The notes: generated by a model not told the origin, from the sequence alone. A stretch of DNA of 63,522 nt, filler included, from Hausera hauseri (GCA_046269625.1; 11 parts of 11 records of this genome joined end to end with filler, not necessarily neighbours in it), one strand, 5' to 3'; shown: positions 24,041 to 37,421, counted from the first letter of the whole stretch. Numbers and translations are program-made.

Positions 24041-24405
24041 AACCAAGTTTATCAGTACACTTATGGAATTTTGTGGATTATCTTCTCCTCATAACGTTAA
24101 TGAAAATAATTATCAAATGTCTTAAAATTGTTTCAAAGTATCTGAGCAAACGTGTTAGAAATCAAGTTTTAAGAAATATGGATCAAACGAAATTTTATCA
24201 AATGCTATTTTGTATAGGCTAAAGGCAGCGTATTGTCGATGACACCAAATTTGAAAATTATCAGTCAATGTTCAAAAAAATTTGAATTCTTATTCAACAT
24301 ACACCAAACCTCGTGAACTCAATGACAAGCGCGTATGCAGTTGCAATTATGCATGTTCCGTGTAGAATGGTAATAGCTGTATCTGGATTCATTTAAATTT
24401 CATAG

Positions 24406-25208
24406 AATCGACAAAAATTGCTAGGAAAATGTGACTGACGATAATTGGTCTGTAGAAGTTAATAAACCGGATGGACAAGTTTACTCGAAGCCAACTCGAG
24501 AAACAGATTTTAAAATCGTTAAGTTGAGAGCGTTTTTAAAAAGATGTCGAAGCGAACGTGATGTATGATGTATTATACGACCCAGATTATAGAAAAGTAT
24601 GGGATCGTGGCATGGTAAGATGCAAGGATATTTGTATGGTTAATCCAAACAACGATATTGTTTACTATGCGCTACAATCTCCACCACCATTTAAAAATCG
24701 AAATTTTGTTACATAACGATCTTGGCTTCAAACACCATCAGAATACATAATTTTCAATCATTCTGTCTTCCACAAGGAAATGCCACAACAGAAAAACTTT
24801 ATTCGTGCCATTTCACACTTAACCGGATATCTTATCAGATCATCTCAAGAAAGAAGTTGTGTTTTGACATATATTACTCAGTGTGATCCAAGAGGAAAGT
24901 TGCCAGCATGGGCAGTAAGCAAAGCAACGCAGTATGTAGCGCCAAAAGTGCTATCCAAGTTGACCAAAGCGGCAGTCAAATATCCATCGTGGAAAAAGAA
25001 ACACAATCCCGATTTGAAACCGTGGTTGTATCCAGAACAGATGACTTTATCGCGAATCAATTACGATCATATCCAACAAACGCCAGATTTCGAAGATGTT
25101 AACATTGACAAGAGCACCGTAATGGAAACTGCTGGTGCGTTCGATGCCGTATCCAATGAAGATTTGAGCGGTTATTCACCAATGCCCCCGCGTAAAGCGA
25201 ATGGGTGA
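24406..25208 (+). pseudogene. STARD10: START-domain lipid-transfer protein (PCTP-like/STARD10-like) pseudogene
   Basis: [76 protein letters not shown]. One stop and frameshifts; no introns over this span. Confidence 0.85.
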
Positions 25209-25596
25209 AAATGTTTACGAATCAGACGAGCGAGACGTTTTCGTTGAACGGTTGTCTGATGTAATATCATTTTTTGTTTATTTTTAACAAGGAGAAAAAA
25301 TTTGAACTTTTACCGTAAATTTGGTGTGCAATATTTTTTGATGATTTTCAACAGCAATATAAGCAACTTGCATATTTTCCGAGTGTGTTTCTATTTATGG
25401 AATTCCGTCTTTATTAATTTTATCGTTAGCTCTATTTTGGATATCGTTGTTGCTGGATTAGTGCCATGTTATATATGTAAATAATTTTTTTTGTTTTAAT
25501 ATTCAATAAATTTTTTTACACGCTTGAAGTTGAATTTTTGATACTCCATTTTTTTGCTATATAATTCGGATGAATTTGGATATTTATATTTTTCAG

Positions 25597-25880
25597 CCGC
25601 CAGCTGCTGAAAAGGTGTTCAATCTAATTAGTCGATCTTATGAAGTATTATCAGGTGATAACCAACGCATAATTTATGATAGATATGACCATGAAGGGTT
25701 AAATGTGACCTCAGATCTTGCTCGGTCATCTCACTGACGACAGGAGAGATAAATATGAATTATTTGACTTGAATAGTTTCGCCTTTAGAGCCCCAAATGA
25801 TGTATTTCGGGAATTTCTTGACTCAAGTCCATTTGAGAGGCTTCGTGAAATGACAGCTGGTGGTTGCGCTGGTATGAATC
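25597..25880 (+). pseudogene. DnaJ/Hsp40 (DNAJB2/6/8-like) fragment, frameshifted
   Basis: After a ttttcag acceptor: AEKVFNLISRSYEVLSGDNQRIIYDRYDHEGL (J-domain helices III-IV) and FAFRAPNDVFREF. The HPD-containing part is absent. Confidence 0.75.
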
Positions 25881-25980
25881 NNNNNNNNNNNNNNNNNNNN
25901 NNNNNNNNNNNNNNNNNNNNNNNNTTAATTAATTAANNNNNNNNNNNNNNNNNNNNNNNNNNNNNNNNNNNNNNNNNNNN

Positions 25981-26300
25981 TTTCATCTTTACAGTCCATC
26001 AATCGACACTAAATCATCTAATAAAGCACCACATAGCTATTCTAGACTGTTCCGTTTCTGTGTTTGTTTTGTATCCCTTCTTATTTGTATAGTTCACACT
26101 TTGGCACGGGGGGTGATGTTGTGCCCAACAGGAATTGATAAAATTTATTGAAATAATAACACAGTTGGACTTGATGTGGAATCAACAGACATGTTTGATA
26201 GGCGGACCGCGGACTTGAATAACCCATTGTCGGAGATTGTTGGGGTTCAGTGGAATTTGGCATAATCTGATTGGAATAACAAATTTATTGATGACAGATA
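25981..26300 (+). mobile_element. Ty3/gypsy 3' end (PPT and LTR start at 26117)
   Basis: cactttggcacGGGGGGTGA|TGTTGTGCCC mirrors the junction at 23078-23106. Confidence 0.65.
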
Positions 26301-27388
26301 ACCGGGCAGAGATAACGTATTTTCCTATATTTTGCAATTAAGAATGTTGGTCTTCAACACCGAATGGATATTAACAACACATCATCCAAGCGACAACAAA
26401 TAATTTTCCATCTTGAGTTTTGTTTTTTGATCGGTTATAATAACAAAAATGGAACTTCTTCAATTCCATAATTATACTGTCAATCAATGCAAACTTTAAC
26501 ATTTCAATTGGATTTTCAATTTCACGCTTGTCTGAATCCAATCGAATTTTGTAATTCTCGACTGATTTTAACATGAAATATAACGATAGTAACTTGGTCA
26601 AAATGAATCGAATTGCGACATTTGAACAGCCGTGGTGGGGTGTCGTGAACAAGAGCCGGATACCAAATTTTGTAATATTTTTTATACGTGTTTTAATTGC
26701 ACGATAACTCAGAAATACAAGTTGTAGCTTCTTTAAAACGTTTCAAATAAACTTTCGATGCTGGAAAAGTGTTTTGTTTTTACGGATTTCTCCAAAAGGA
26801 TTGAAATAAATAATACGTTACGGGTTGTAATGAATTGTACAAGTCCTATGAAACAAAATGACAATGATACGTGGTTGGTGCATCGGAATGTAACAGATGG
26901 TATTTCCGTGCACCAGAAAAACAGTTATCGGTTTTGATTATATAACCCTGATTCTTTATGTAAAAGGTGCTATCGAGAATTCAGATATACAAACTGCAAT
27001 CTACAATTGGTGTCAGGATCAAAAATCCTACGATTTGATTTGTCGGACTCCGGAATATGAATTTTCACCCACGATTTTTGCGGAAAATTGCAAACCTACA
27101 ATTTGGAACTATGTAGTGAGTTCGGTTTTTGTTTGTTCGATACCCTGCGGCTGTTATTTGTGTCGCAATTTACTTGTTGGGTTAAAATCGAGAGTTATAA
27201 AAAATCTAATCCTAAATTGTAAAAGAAACATTACCTTCGGATTGAGACGGACAACATTCACTGTAATTTATATGACATATTACAAATCGTTTTATTGCAA
27301 AACTTTATCAAATCATCCGGATTACGGTAAACATAATCGAAATAATAATTATATAGAAACTGAAGCCACGTTTTACCATTTAGTATGT

Positions 27389-29645
27389 ATGGATGCCAAA
27401 CTGATATCTGGAAAAGATGTTGCAAAAACGATTCGGGATGATTTGACAAAACGAATTTCACAAATTCAGTCATGTCAATCCGGCTTTCATCCATGCTTAG
27501 CGATTGTCCAGGTTGGTAATCGTGTAGTTTCCAATGTGTACATTCGACAAAAATTAACTAACGCGGATGAGTGTGGTATTAAAGCACGACACATCAAGCT
27601 ACATAACACTGCCACTGAAGATGAGATTTTGAAAGTTCTCGATAAACGGAACAGTGACAATAGTGTGCATGGAATTGTAGTGCAGCTACCGCTCGACTGT
27701 ACGAGTGTTGTTAATTCTAATTTCTACAAATTCCATTGCAGTGGAAAAAGATGTCAATGGGTTGAGTAAAAATTGCCGGTAAATTGGCACATGGGGAACT
27801 GATTTCATGTGTTGTCCCATGTACACCGAGAGGTTGTTTAGAGCTTATATCGCCTACCGGTTTAAGTAACCCAGGAAAACATGTTGTTTTAGGCCGATGT
27901 AAAATAGTTGGTCGACCAATGGCTTACCTGTTGTTATGGAGCCATGCAACAGTTACAGTTTGTCATTCGAGAACTAAAATATTACTAATAAAGTTAGTAG
28001 AGCTGATATTCCCCTGGTTGCCATTAACAAAGCACAGTTTGCGAAAGGTGACTGGATTAAGTCCGGATCGGTTATTATTGATTGCGGTATATTCACCAGT
28101 CCTGACTCAGATAACAAATTGGGGAAAAAACTTGTTGGTGATATTGAATTTGAAGTGGCTAAAACTCGTGCTGTTTAGATACCCCCAGTTTCCGGTGAAG
28201 TTGGGGCTATCACAGTGGCAATGCTACTAAAGAGTACTGTTGATAGTGGGGAGAGATTAATTGAAAGGAACCAGAACACAAATTTTACTAGTTTACCAAA
28301 CCCCTTAAAATTACAATCAAATGTGCCTTCGGATATCGGCATATCTCGGTCACAAAAACCGTAACCGATTTCCCAGATATCAAAGGAAATTGGCATTTTA
28401 CCCCACGAACTTGATTTATATGACGAAAGTAAAGCGAAAGTCAGTTAGGATATTTTATCACGACTGACGAATTGCAAGAATGGGAAATATGTACTTGTTA
28501 CTGGAATCAATCCAACACTATTCGGTGAGGGCAAAAGTATAACAGCAATAGGTCTGAGTCAAGCTTTATTCGAGTGTTTAAAAAAGAATGTTTTTGCATA
28601 CTGTAGACAACCGTCTCAAGATCCAACTTTCGGAATTAAAGGAGGTGCCGCAGGCGGCGGTTATTATCAAATTATTCCAATGTACGAATTTAATTTACAT
28701 TTAACGGGTGATATTCATGCAGTCACTGCTGCCAATAACTTACTGGTGGCTGCTATCGATGCTCGAATGTTTCACAAAAACACTGAAAGTGACACTGCTT
28801 TGTTCAGTCGTTTAGTCCCATCTGATCATACCGGTCATCGTAAATTGTGTGCAGTACAATTGGAAAGAATTCAAAAGTTGGGTATATCAAATACATACAT
28901 AATGACATGGGACGAAACGACAATTCGTCGATTTGCTCGACTTGATATTAATCCCAGTACGATTCAAGTCGAACGAGTTATTGATAATAACGATAGATTT
29001 TTACGAAAAATTACGATTGGAAAGTCTGCAACAGAAAAGGGTCATGAAAGAGATTGCCAGTCTGATCAAAGCGTTGCTAGTAAATTGATGGTCATATTAT
29101 CTCTGTCCACTAGTTTACAAGACATGCGACAACGTATTGGGCGATTTGTAGTCGGATTTAGTAAATCGGGGATCCAATTACAACAAGTAATTTGGGTGTT
29201 TGCGGTGCAATTACAGTTCTGATGAAAGAAACTATTAAACCCAACCTGATGAAATCCTCGGAAGGTGGTCCGGTAGTCGTTTATATCGGACCATTTGCTA
29301 ACATAGCACACGGAAATTCATTAAACATAGCTGATACGATTGCTCTTAAACTGGTAGGCGAGAATGGATATGTTTTGACTGAAGCCGGATTCGGTGCCGA
29401 TATTGGAGCAGCAAAGTTTCTTAATATTAAATACAGATCGTCTGGTCTCGTACCAAATGTTGCCGTTTTGATTGTATCGCTTCCAGCTCTTAAACTTCAT
29501 GGTGAAAATATCAAGAAACAAGGAGTCCTCATCGTCGTTGCTTTAAACAATTTCAAATACGATCATACGGAAGAAATCGAAGCAGTTTGTCGAATAGCAA
29601 TAGAAAACTGAGCGCACGATGCTGTTTTAGCTTCTCATAGGGCTC
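27389..29645 (+). pseudogene. MTHFD1: Trifunctional C1-tetrahydrofolate synthase pseudogene (FolD + FTHFS domains)
   Basis: [109 protein letters not shown]. Multiple frameshifts and stops, 3' truncated, intronless. Confidence 0.93.
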
Positions 29646-30559
29646 TTTGTAACCTTTTCTATTTGCTTTTTATGATTCCGTACGTTTTCTTTTGCCCGAG
29701 ACTTTTAAAATACAATTGATATCCATCGAAGGCGTTCGTTGCTAATACTTTTTGCAATTATTCCGACACCACTTTTACCTTCGTTGCAATTCTAGGCTAT
29801 TTCAGCAAAACACTTTTCTTTATTCCTCAGATCATAAATTTCATCTATTCTATTCAACCGTTGTTTCACTTTATTCTTTGTCCACGACATCGTTTTTCGA
29901 GATATCTTGCTACTGTTGACAAAGTTACTCATTCTACATTGAAATTTAAATGAGCTTCATTGGGCATAATTGGTAAACTATAATTTTACGTTCTGAGGTA
30001 CTTGGATCTTGTAGGAATGCGTGAATTCGATGATAACCACGTAGAAATTAATAAAATAGCCCAGTCGGTTTGCGGAATTGTTAATTATATATCAACCGTA
30101 CCTTGTCTCGTCAAACCTACAAAACTCGACAACGATCCATATATGAAATATGATGAATCTGTAATGAGAAGAGGTAGAAGTAAGGCACGTTATCATGAAG
30201 TCTGCACGATTTATTCTTTTGATTACAGCGAGTACCTGACTAGAGCTTCTGACTATGGATAGAATCCGTCTTCTTCTAGTTATTGTCGTTATTTTTCAAT
30301 ACGCATCGGTTATAAGCGCAATAGATCCATTAACCATAGTGAGTCCACAGACCGGGCATATTCTTCAAAAGACACAGCAACTCTCTTACCTCCGAAGAAA
30401 CATATCGATATATCACACTACCTGGTTTACAGTACATCACCATATTCCTCCTCTCCCTTTATGGTAATAATAATCTAATACAAATAGTACATGTCAGACA
30501 ACGTATCGAAACATCACAACTATACGGTATCATTCATAATACCTCTACCTACATATATT

Positions 30560-31050
30560 TCTATCTGACTCACAACGGTTTCATTTTAGTCGACCTCCCA
30601 CACATCATGGCATCTCATAACTATCTGTGTACACATATCAACCCTAGAATCCGCGGCGGTATGATTTCTCCATCAACCAGTGAAATCAACAATAATGTAA
30701 CCACAAAACCGAAATCAATTCTATACTACTCCAAATCAAGCCATCCACCTACTTCAACCGATACAAATTGTTTTCACAAAAATCATATCAGTACTTCACC
30801 ACATCTGAATATTGTTCCAACGGTATTAGAGACTCGTTATCCAAAGCCCATAATCTACTTTACATTCTACCAAATTCCATAAAGGCCTCAATCCACAACT
30901 TCCTGGACATCTTTTAACACTCTGACCCTTATACCCAATTGTTCGATGCTGTGTGAAAACTGACAGAACCACCAATTGACTCTATAATCCAACGCTTCTT
31001 TAACGAAAACGCAATGGGGACACAAAAACTTAGCGATTTCCTACACACCT
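30560..31050 (+). mobile_element. Ty3/gypsy 5' leader and gag start (decayed)
   Basis: Homologous to 47250-46780 (-): TKPKS.IL and DPY.QLF.AV..IIQRFFNENAMGTQKLSDFLH. Confidence 0.75.
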
Positions 31051-31150
31051 NNNNNNNNNNNNNNNNNNNNNNNNNNNNNNNNNNNNNNNNNNNNTTAATT
31101 AATTAANNNNNNNNNNNNNNNNNNNNNNNNNNNNNNNNNNNNNNNNNNNN

Positions 31151-32000
31151 AGAAAATTAATTATTCGAAAAGTTCGACTTGTATTCGAGTTTTTCGAATA
31201 TCGTATGTCATAATTGGATACAGCACATGTTAGTTTCTATGTGCGTACGCTTTTAGATTTTTTGATTTTCACTTGCTTGTGTGCTAAAATTAACTTCAAA
31301 TGTTTTATCGGGAAACCGTTATTATTGATTAAGGCACACTTGCATATGTGCCACGCATGTGCAAAGTGCCATATAGATGCATTAAGACATGGGGAATCGA
31401 CTGGCGCTCTCAGATTTCTCAAAAAATTTGTGGGTGTCAAGATATTTGATACTATTCGATGAAAGTCGATAAATCTGAGATGGAAGACCCGGGTTACAAT
31501 GTGGCAATTCCTATCTGTCCCCGCTTAAACATTTGTCAAATTTGGCTTCCTTAAGGCCTAAAAAACCTATGAGGGTTCTCGCTCAGTTGAACTTGGTACA
31601 CACTTCAAAAAATATTCGATCGATTTAAATTCTAAGTGCACAGGGTTGTAGCCAATCAAAAACTCGTTTGAACTGCGCTCTCCAAATGTGCTAATCATCA
31701 ATATTGGAATTATCGGAAATCCGATATTACTGATTTTTGCACACTTGCACTGTGAGCTGATCGACGTGCACTAATGTACACTATCGATTAGCACTATCCC
31801 GATCGATTCCGATCAATACTGTACCGTGCAGCGATCAATTGTGAAAGGTGAAAAAGTGCCCCTAGCAACGGCACCGTTGCCTAGCACATTACCGATCGGT
31901 AATGCTCCATGTGCACTATCGATTAGCACATGTGCACTAGTGATTTTGCACTGTGCGACCCCTTCCGGGGGTTGAGGGAGAACCCGCATTGTCCCCTACT
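31151..32000. repeat. Long copy of the palindrome-rich repeat (probable Polinton-type TIR), followed by (TATG)n
   Basis: 31620-31940 aligns with 1755-2100 and 42200-42550. Ends gtcccctact (AGTAGGGGAC on the minus strand). Confidence 0.7.
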
Positions 32001-32831
32001 TATGTATGTATGCATATATGTATGTATGTATGTATGCGTGAGAGATGGGGGAGGGAGGTAGATTTAAAATATCGTTTTCATATGAAATTATAAGGTTTTC
32101 ACAATTCTCATTTAAAATTGAAGTTTACGAATGAAAAAATGACATTTCACTGTTAGTAATATTTGTTTAGCCGATTTGTAAGAAATTCTGTTTTTGTATT
32201 CTTGTCGGAAATAAATATTCTAACAACATACACTATTTTATTTCTAAAATTATGTATAGTGAGGTTGAATTCAAATATGTAAATTGTTTTTGCTCTTATC
32301 CAGAAATTTCTGAAATCTGAATAATAATTTTTGCTTTATCGACAATTCTTGCACTAGTTATTTCGCAATATGAAATAAAAATACACAAAATTGCGATGTT
32401 TTAGTTAATAAACTAACGAGTATATCAAGATTAAATTTCTACGCAGTTTTACACAAACTAATTTATATTTGAAAGTATTTTGTTCAATAACACCGGATAT
32501 CTGCATGTTATTACGATGTTATTATTAAAACAAGTGAAACAAAGTTGTAAATTAGTTTTTGTATCGATGTAATTTATTTCATATTACGAAAATTTCTTCA
32601 TAATTTGTTTGCCATACATAAATACAAAAATTTGCGTATACAAACAAATTTACCACTTTATTTTCCTGGTTTCAATATGAAACTCTAAATAATGTGCAAT
32701 TGCTGTGTCGTTGAACGAAAATACTTCCCAATACAAATTCGTCTGTGAAAAGAAATTTTGAATATCAACATCATATTTTATATACGTTAGATATGGCAGT
32801 TTTGTTTTAAATAATATAATTTTATAATTTT

Positions 32832-33182
32832 TTGAATTTCGAAAATATGCCTTGTATTACTGGCGATTACGCCAACAATTCTGTGGAAGTGGTCACTCGT
32901 TCAATGAAAGAAAAAATAGAAAAAGATGAACAGCGTGAAGCTTTTTTGAAATTGCCTCAAAAACCTCAAGAAGTTCTAGCTCCAAAGCCGTCTTTCTTTG
33001 ATGGATCAATGAACGAAGCAGAATTATGGCTAGAAAATGCAACTGGGTTTGCATCTTTCAATCAACTGGGATTTGCATTGGTTATCGATATGCAGGTCCA
33101 TGGTGATGCGAAGACCTGTGGCAGGATTTTTGCACAGTCAATCCAGATACCAATGCAGAAACAACTGCAGAATGCTTTAGGA
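32832..33182 (+). mobile_element. Retrotransposon gag N-terminal fragment, truncated by a hAT insertion
   Basis: VTRS..PKPSFFDGSMNEAELWLE, a gag-like P..FDG..WL pattern. Confidence 0.5.
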
Positions 33183-35124
33183 TAGGGATGGGCAACTATT
33201 TTAGCTTTGGGGCCATTCAGCAAAGAAATTGAAAGGCAAAGGTCGTAAATTATTTATCTTAATTTTTCTCAAAAATAGATACACTGATGCAAAACTTATA
33301 AATGAATGCATCTATGTGTATAGACGGACAAAAGCATGAACAATCAAGGAAAACATTTATTTGTGTCTCTTGTTAATGACTCCTTTGAACTTGCTTATTT
33401 GTACATAGTTTAACAAAACGTGGAACAAGGTTTGTAGTCTTCAAACGTAATTGATCCTGCAAATGCGTATCAATAAGTAGTGTGCGACATTTATTCTTCA
33501 AGTACTTCATGTGTTATTACTCGTCGAACATGATTATGATGATTCGGATGTTGAGCTGTACCTTTCCAGAATGCAACCAAATCTACAGGCTGTTGCGTTA
33601 GCATACGTTGTGAGATGGCATCTTCACTAAGCTCCAGAAGTTCCAGTTGATACATTTCGGATACCGTCTTGGGTTCCAGTAAATATGGCTCAGAGACTTT
33701 CTCTCTTTCTGACAGAAGTCAGAGAATCGTGTTTCAAGCTGAGCAAGGAGAAAATTTACGATATTACAAAAGTAATCATAGCGTACGTCGGCATTTGCAT
33801 GTCTGCTAATTGAGCCAAGCAAAAGGAAAAGTGTTCAGCAAGCTGTTTCTTTACGAAATGGTCTGAACCAGTTTCATTTTACGAATAAGCATTTTGATAA
33901 CACGTCACAGATCACAAACACAGTTCGGTTTTTGTCCTGAAACTATGTATTCAAACCATTTAAGTGTTCTAAATGATTTTCAAGAAAAGCAAGATTCAAA
34001 CAAAAATCGGTGTCATTTAGCTTGCATTCAACACCTTTTTTTATTTCGAGTATTTTTATGACTTCTCCTTTAGGCAGTCACAGAACATTTGAATGACACA
34101 AAATATCCTCCTTTTCAGTGGAGTCGTCAAGAAGATCTCTGAACCGATGATGAGTAATAGCACGAGCACGTACAAAACTGACAATTGATGTGACCTCGTC
34201 CATGGCGTTGTCTAAAATTTTAGACTTTGCATAGAGTGCCTATTGGTGAATGATACAATGACATGATAAGAACTGGGTATTAGGCAGTTGTGAGCAAAGC
34301 TGTTGTCCGAGTAGTTCTACAAACCCTCCAGTCTTACCTATCATTGCACGTGCACCATCAGTCCATATGCCAACAAACTTGTTTAAGTCCCATATTTTTT
34401 CAGCGCATACTTTGATGAATGCTGCGAGGATAACGACAGCGCATGTTGTAGAATACAAGCTGACTACGAAAAACTAAGAGCTCTTCGCGAGTTTCAAAAG
34501 ATGCTGTTATGGTGCGAATGAAGATCAGAAATAGGGCAGCATCAGTGGCATCACATGACTCTATTAACACCACAGCGAACAGGACATCAGATTTCTTACA
34601 GACTTCAACTAATTGTTGCTCCATACCTTCAGCAAGTTCCTCTTGTCGTCTCACAACTGTTCTGCTTCGAGAGAAGCAGGTCTTTGTATCTGTTTAGTTG
34701 TGACTGTTCGACACACTGAACAACTTCCACCATGCATGTATTGAATAACTCGATATCAGCATACGGTTTTCCTGCAGCACCTAACAAAAAAGCAACTCGA
34801 TATATTGCCTCTACCTCTGGATTATGGAGAGCTGACTTAAATTTAGAAAACATTTTCGACTCTTGCGTGATTGGAATTAATGGTATCAAATGCTTGTTTT
34901 CTTGCCTCACCTTGTAAGGTCACGTACTTTGTATGCGATTTACAATTGTCGTAATGTTGCTTGGCATTTGAACGCTTCAAAGTTTTTATTTGCTGCTTTC
35001 ATCGTAGACACATCATTGAGTTATCACTCTTTATCAGATAGAAATCAAACTCCCATTCTGAATTGAATTGTTGTTTCTCATCTTGCACCTGCCTTGGCTT
35101 CTTAAAGGAAGGTTGCTGATTCAT
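33183..35124 (-). mobile_element. Decayed hAT transposon (GTF2IRD2/SPIN/Buster-like transposase 35124-33373)
   Basis: Terminus TAGGGATGGGCAAC at 33183. FNSEWE..MCL..KQHY N-terminal zinc-finger region, ESCDATD..IFIR, TDGARAMIG, HCIIHQ, Q.QRSH* end. Confidence 0.88.
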
Positions 35125-35809
35125 TGCTTGCTAGTGTTATGAGATGATGATGCAAATGAGAATATCACAGGTACAATATTAATAATGGTTAATGATTACT
35201 TGTATTAAGTAATAAATCATTTGTTTTATTTAACTTCCTGTTTTAGTGGAAAATCAAATTAAAAGAAAAGTGTTGATTGTTTATATATTTGTGAGAATTG
35301 CTCAAAGTTAGTAACTGTTTTTTATACTGAAAATATATGAATGTAATCGAATGAAGTCGACGTAAAACCTTTCTCCGAGGCCGCAAAATACCATTTTTCC
35401 TTTGGCCTTCGAAGCCACTGTTTCCCACACTTGTTTTATGGTTATTTTAATGTGTTTTCAAGTATATTTAGTAGGGGAAAAAGATGAGTCTGGAACAAGG
35501 ATAGGGGGTCCATCCACGCACCAATTGACCAATCACGTAATGCTCACATGCCGATTGGTCAATTCGACAACGGCGAGTTGAATGGTGCGGTCGGTTTTTG
35601 CGTGTTGCAAAAGACAGTCGGAAAATGCAAAAGAAAAAAACGAAGTTTTTCCAGAAGCAAATTTTTACCAGGGATGGATAGGAGAAAGTGTAGAGTAGAG
35701 TACGGGCGTTCGAATGATATGGGAAACATGGGCTTCGCAAGTTTGGGAAAAGGGGGAAAGCCGGTCAAAGAGAGGACAATGTAGGCGCCAATGGAAACGC
35801 AGGTGAATT

Positions 35810-36215
35810 TCAATGGACAACAATTTTTCCACTGATAAACACATTGGCACAAAGTGGGCGAAACGATGTAAGCCTCAGTGCAGGAAACAGTTCGGGTTCA
35901 TACGTACATTCAGCAGCGACCAATTGATAATTTGTACAGATTGATTGTTTGGTGGTAGTCTAACTGAGTCGTAACCGTTATTGATTGGATTTTGTCAATG
36001 ACAATTCCGAATGGTAGTAGTTTACTCTTACTGTTGTCAGCTGTGATTGGTTTGCGACAACCCATAATACGACACTTTCCCGATTGAAATGCGATGCATG
36101 TAAAATCCGGTGGACACTTGAGGACATACTGCCTCGGCTTCCATTGATTAAAAGGTAGTGCGTTAATGTCACACCACTCGGCAACATGTCCGCGATAGTT
36201 CATATTAGCTAACAT
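35810..36215 (-). pseudogene. Divergent TATA-binding-protein-like gene (one frameshift)
   Basis: Two TBP-like repeats: ANMNYRG..CIAFQSGKCRIMG and QSITVT..INLYKL/..TYEPELFPALRL..ANVFISGKIVV. Confidence 0.75.
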
Positions 36216-36310
36216 TATGGAAACAGTGTTTATACTATAGCTATTTATATGCGTGTAACGCGATTATAAACAAATCATGTGGTGAGGAAAGTTTGTTTTA
36301 CTATTATTAT

Positions 36311-36970
36311 ATGAAGCTGCAGAATGATGCCATGTTTCAGATTGTAGGCCCCAGTGGAAGTGGCAAAACACACTTTGTGTGTAAACTATTGCAGAACTAC
36401 CGTGACATGTTCCATAAATTGCGGTACAAACACATGTACTGGTATCAGAATGTTGGTGATGATGGTGAGTTTGGTTTGACACATCGGAAATTTTGTAATC
36501 TGAAATCCATAACGGTAATTGATGGGTTTGATGAGAACTGGTCAGAGATGTTCCGCAACGGTGAGGTTATTGTAACTGACGATTTATTTCAGGAAGCCTC
36601 GAAATAATCGGACTTTAAAAACCTGTTCACGAAGATTGCACGGCACCATGGTGTGACGGTTATTTTCCTTACGCAAAACATGTTCCATCAGGGTGGACAG
36701 CGTCGAACAAGAAATCTAAATGTACACTATTTAATGTTGTTCAAAAATCCCCGTGATCAAACTATCACTGATTATGTTGTACGACATGCAGTTCCTCACA
36801 ATCGAGCCTACTTAATAGATGCATATCATGATGCTACTACCGAACCACACGGATACTTGTTCATCGACTTTACACAACAGTATCCCGATGACATGCGTGT
36901 ACGAACAGACGTTTTCAATCAGAAAGGTGGTGTATGTGCCTATAAAAAATTCGAAAATCGACGACATGAT
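36311..36970 (+). pseudogene. A32-like genome-packaging ATPase of Polinton type (single in-frame TAA at 36605)
   Basis: Walker A IVGPSGSGKT, Walker B VIVTDDL, FTKIARH..VIFLTQN, NVHYLMLFKNPRD, PHGYLFIDF, RVRTDVF. Confidence 0.9.
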
Positions 36971-37205
36971 TATTATAAAAAAAACAAAATGAAGAATTTC
37001 CGAAAAACAAGTGTTAAACGTAAACCTACTACCAAGCGGGTGTCCGGCGGTAAGAAACGTGTATCAAAACGAACAACCGCTACAGTCAAGCGATTAATCA
37101 ATTGTGTGCTTCATCGGACAACAACACCAGCACCTAGACGCAAATTGCCGTCACAGTTGCAACCGTTATAAACAAATACGTCTCATCAACATCAATACGT
37201 CAAAA

Positions 37206-37321
37206 ATGCGATTCAAACGTAGTCAACCGTACTTTATTGCTTTACTCAAGGCACCTACGAGACATAAGCGAAACATGCTACGATCATTCCCGCAGTTTGT
37301 CGTGGACGATTTGATGGAAAT
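37206..37321 (+). CDS. Small Polinton-type ORF downstream of the ATPase (partial)
   Basis: MRFKRSQPYFIALLKAPTRHKRNMLRSFPQFVVDDLME resembles the short helical ORF typically following the Maverick ATPase. Preceded by a TATA motif. Confidence 0.5.
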
Positions 37322-37421
37322 NNNNNNNNNNNNNNNNNNNNNNNNNNNNNNNNNNNNNNNNNNNNTTAATTAATTAANNNNNNNNNNNNNNNNNNNNNNN
37401 NNNNNNNNNNNNNNNNNNNNN

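Larger units (their letters stand above)
35470..37321. mobile_element. Polinton/Maverick (adintovirus-like) fragment with putative terminus
   Basis: Starts AGTAGGGGAAAA. Contains a TBP-like gene, a packaging ATPase and downstream small basic ORFs. Confidence 0.8.

Noticed and set aside
26897-27388. N-terminal 160-aa extension fused to MTHFD1 in the 290-aa ORF
   Set aside because: No recognisable domain. Homology starts at Met 27389, so this is likely chance read-through in a pseudogene.
32001-32036. (TATG)n as a SINE/LINE 3' tail of the palindromic repeat
   Set aside because: Only one copy has the microsatellite. The others end at TACT with differing flanks, so it is better read as target sequence, although not fully excluded.
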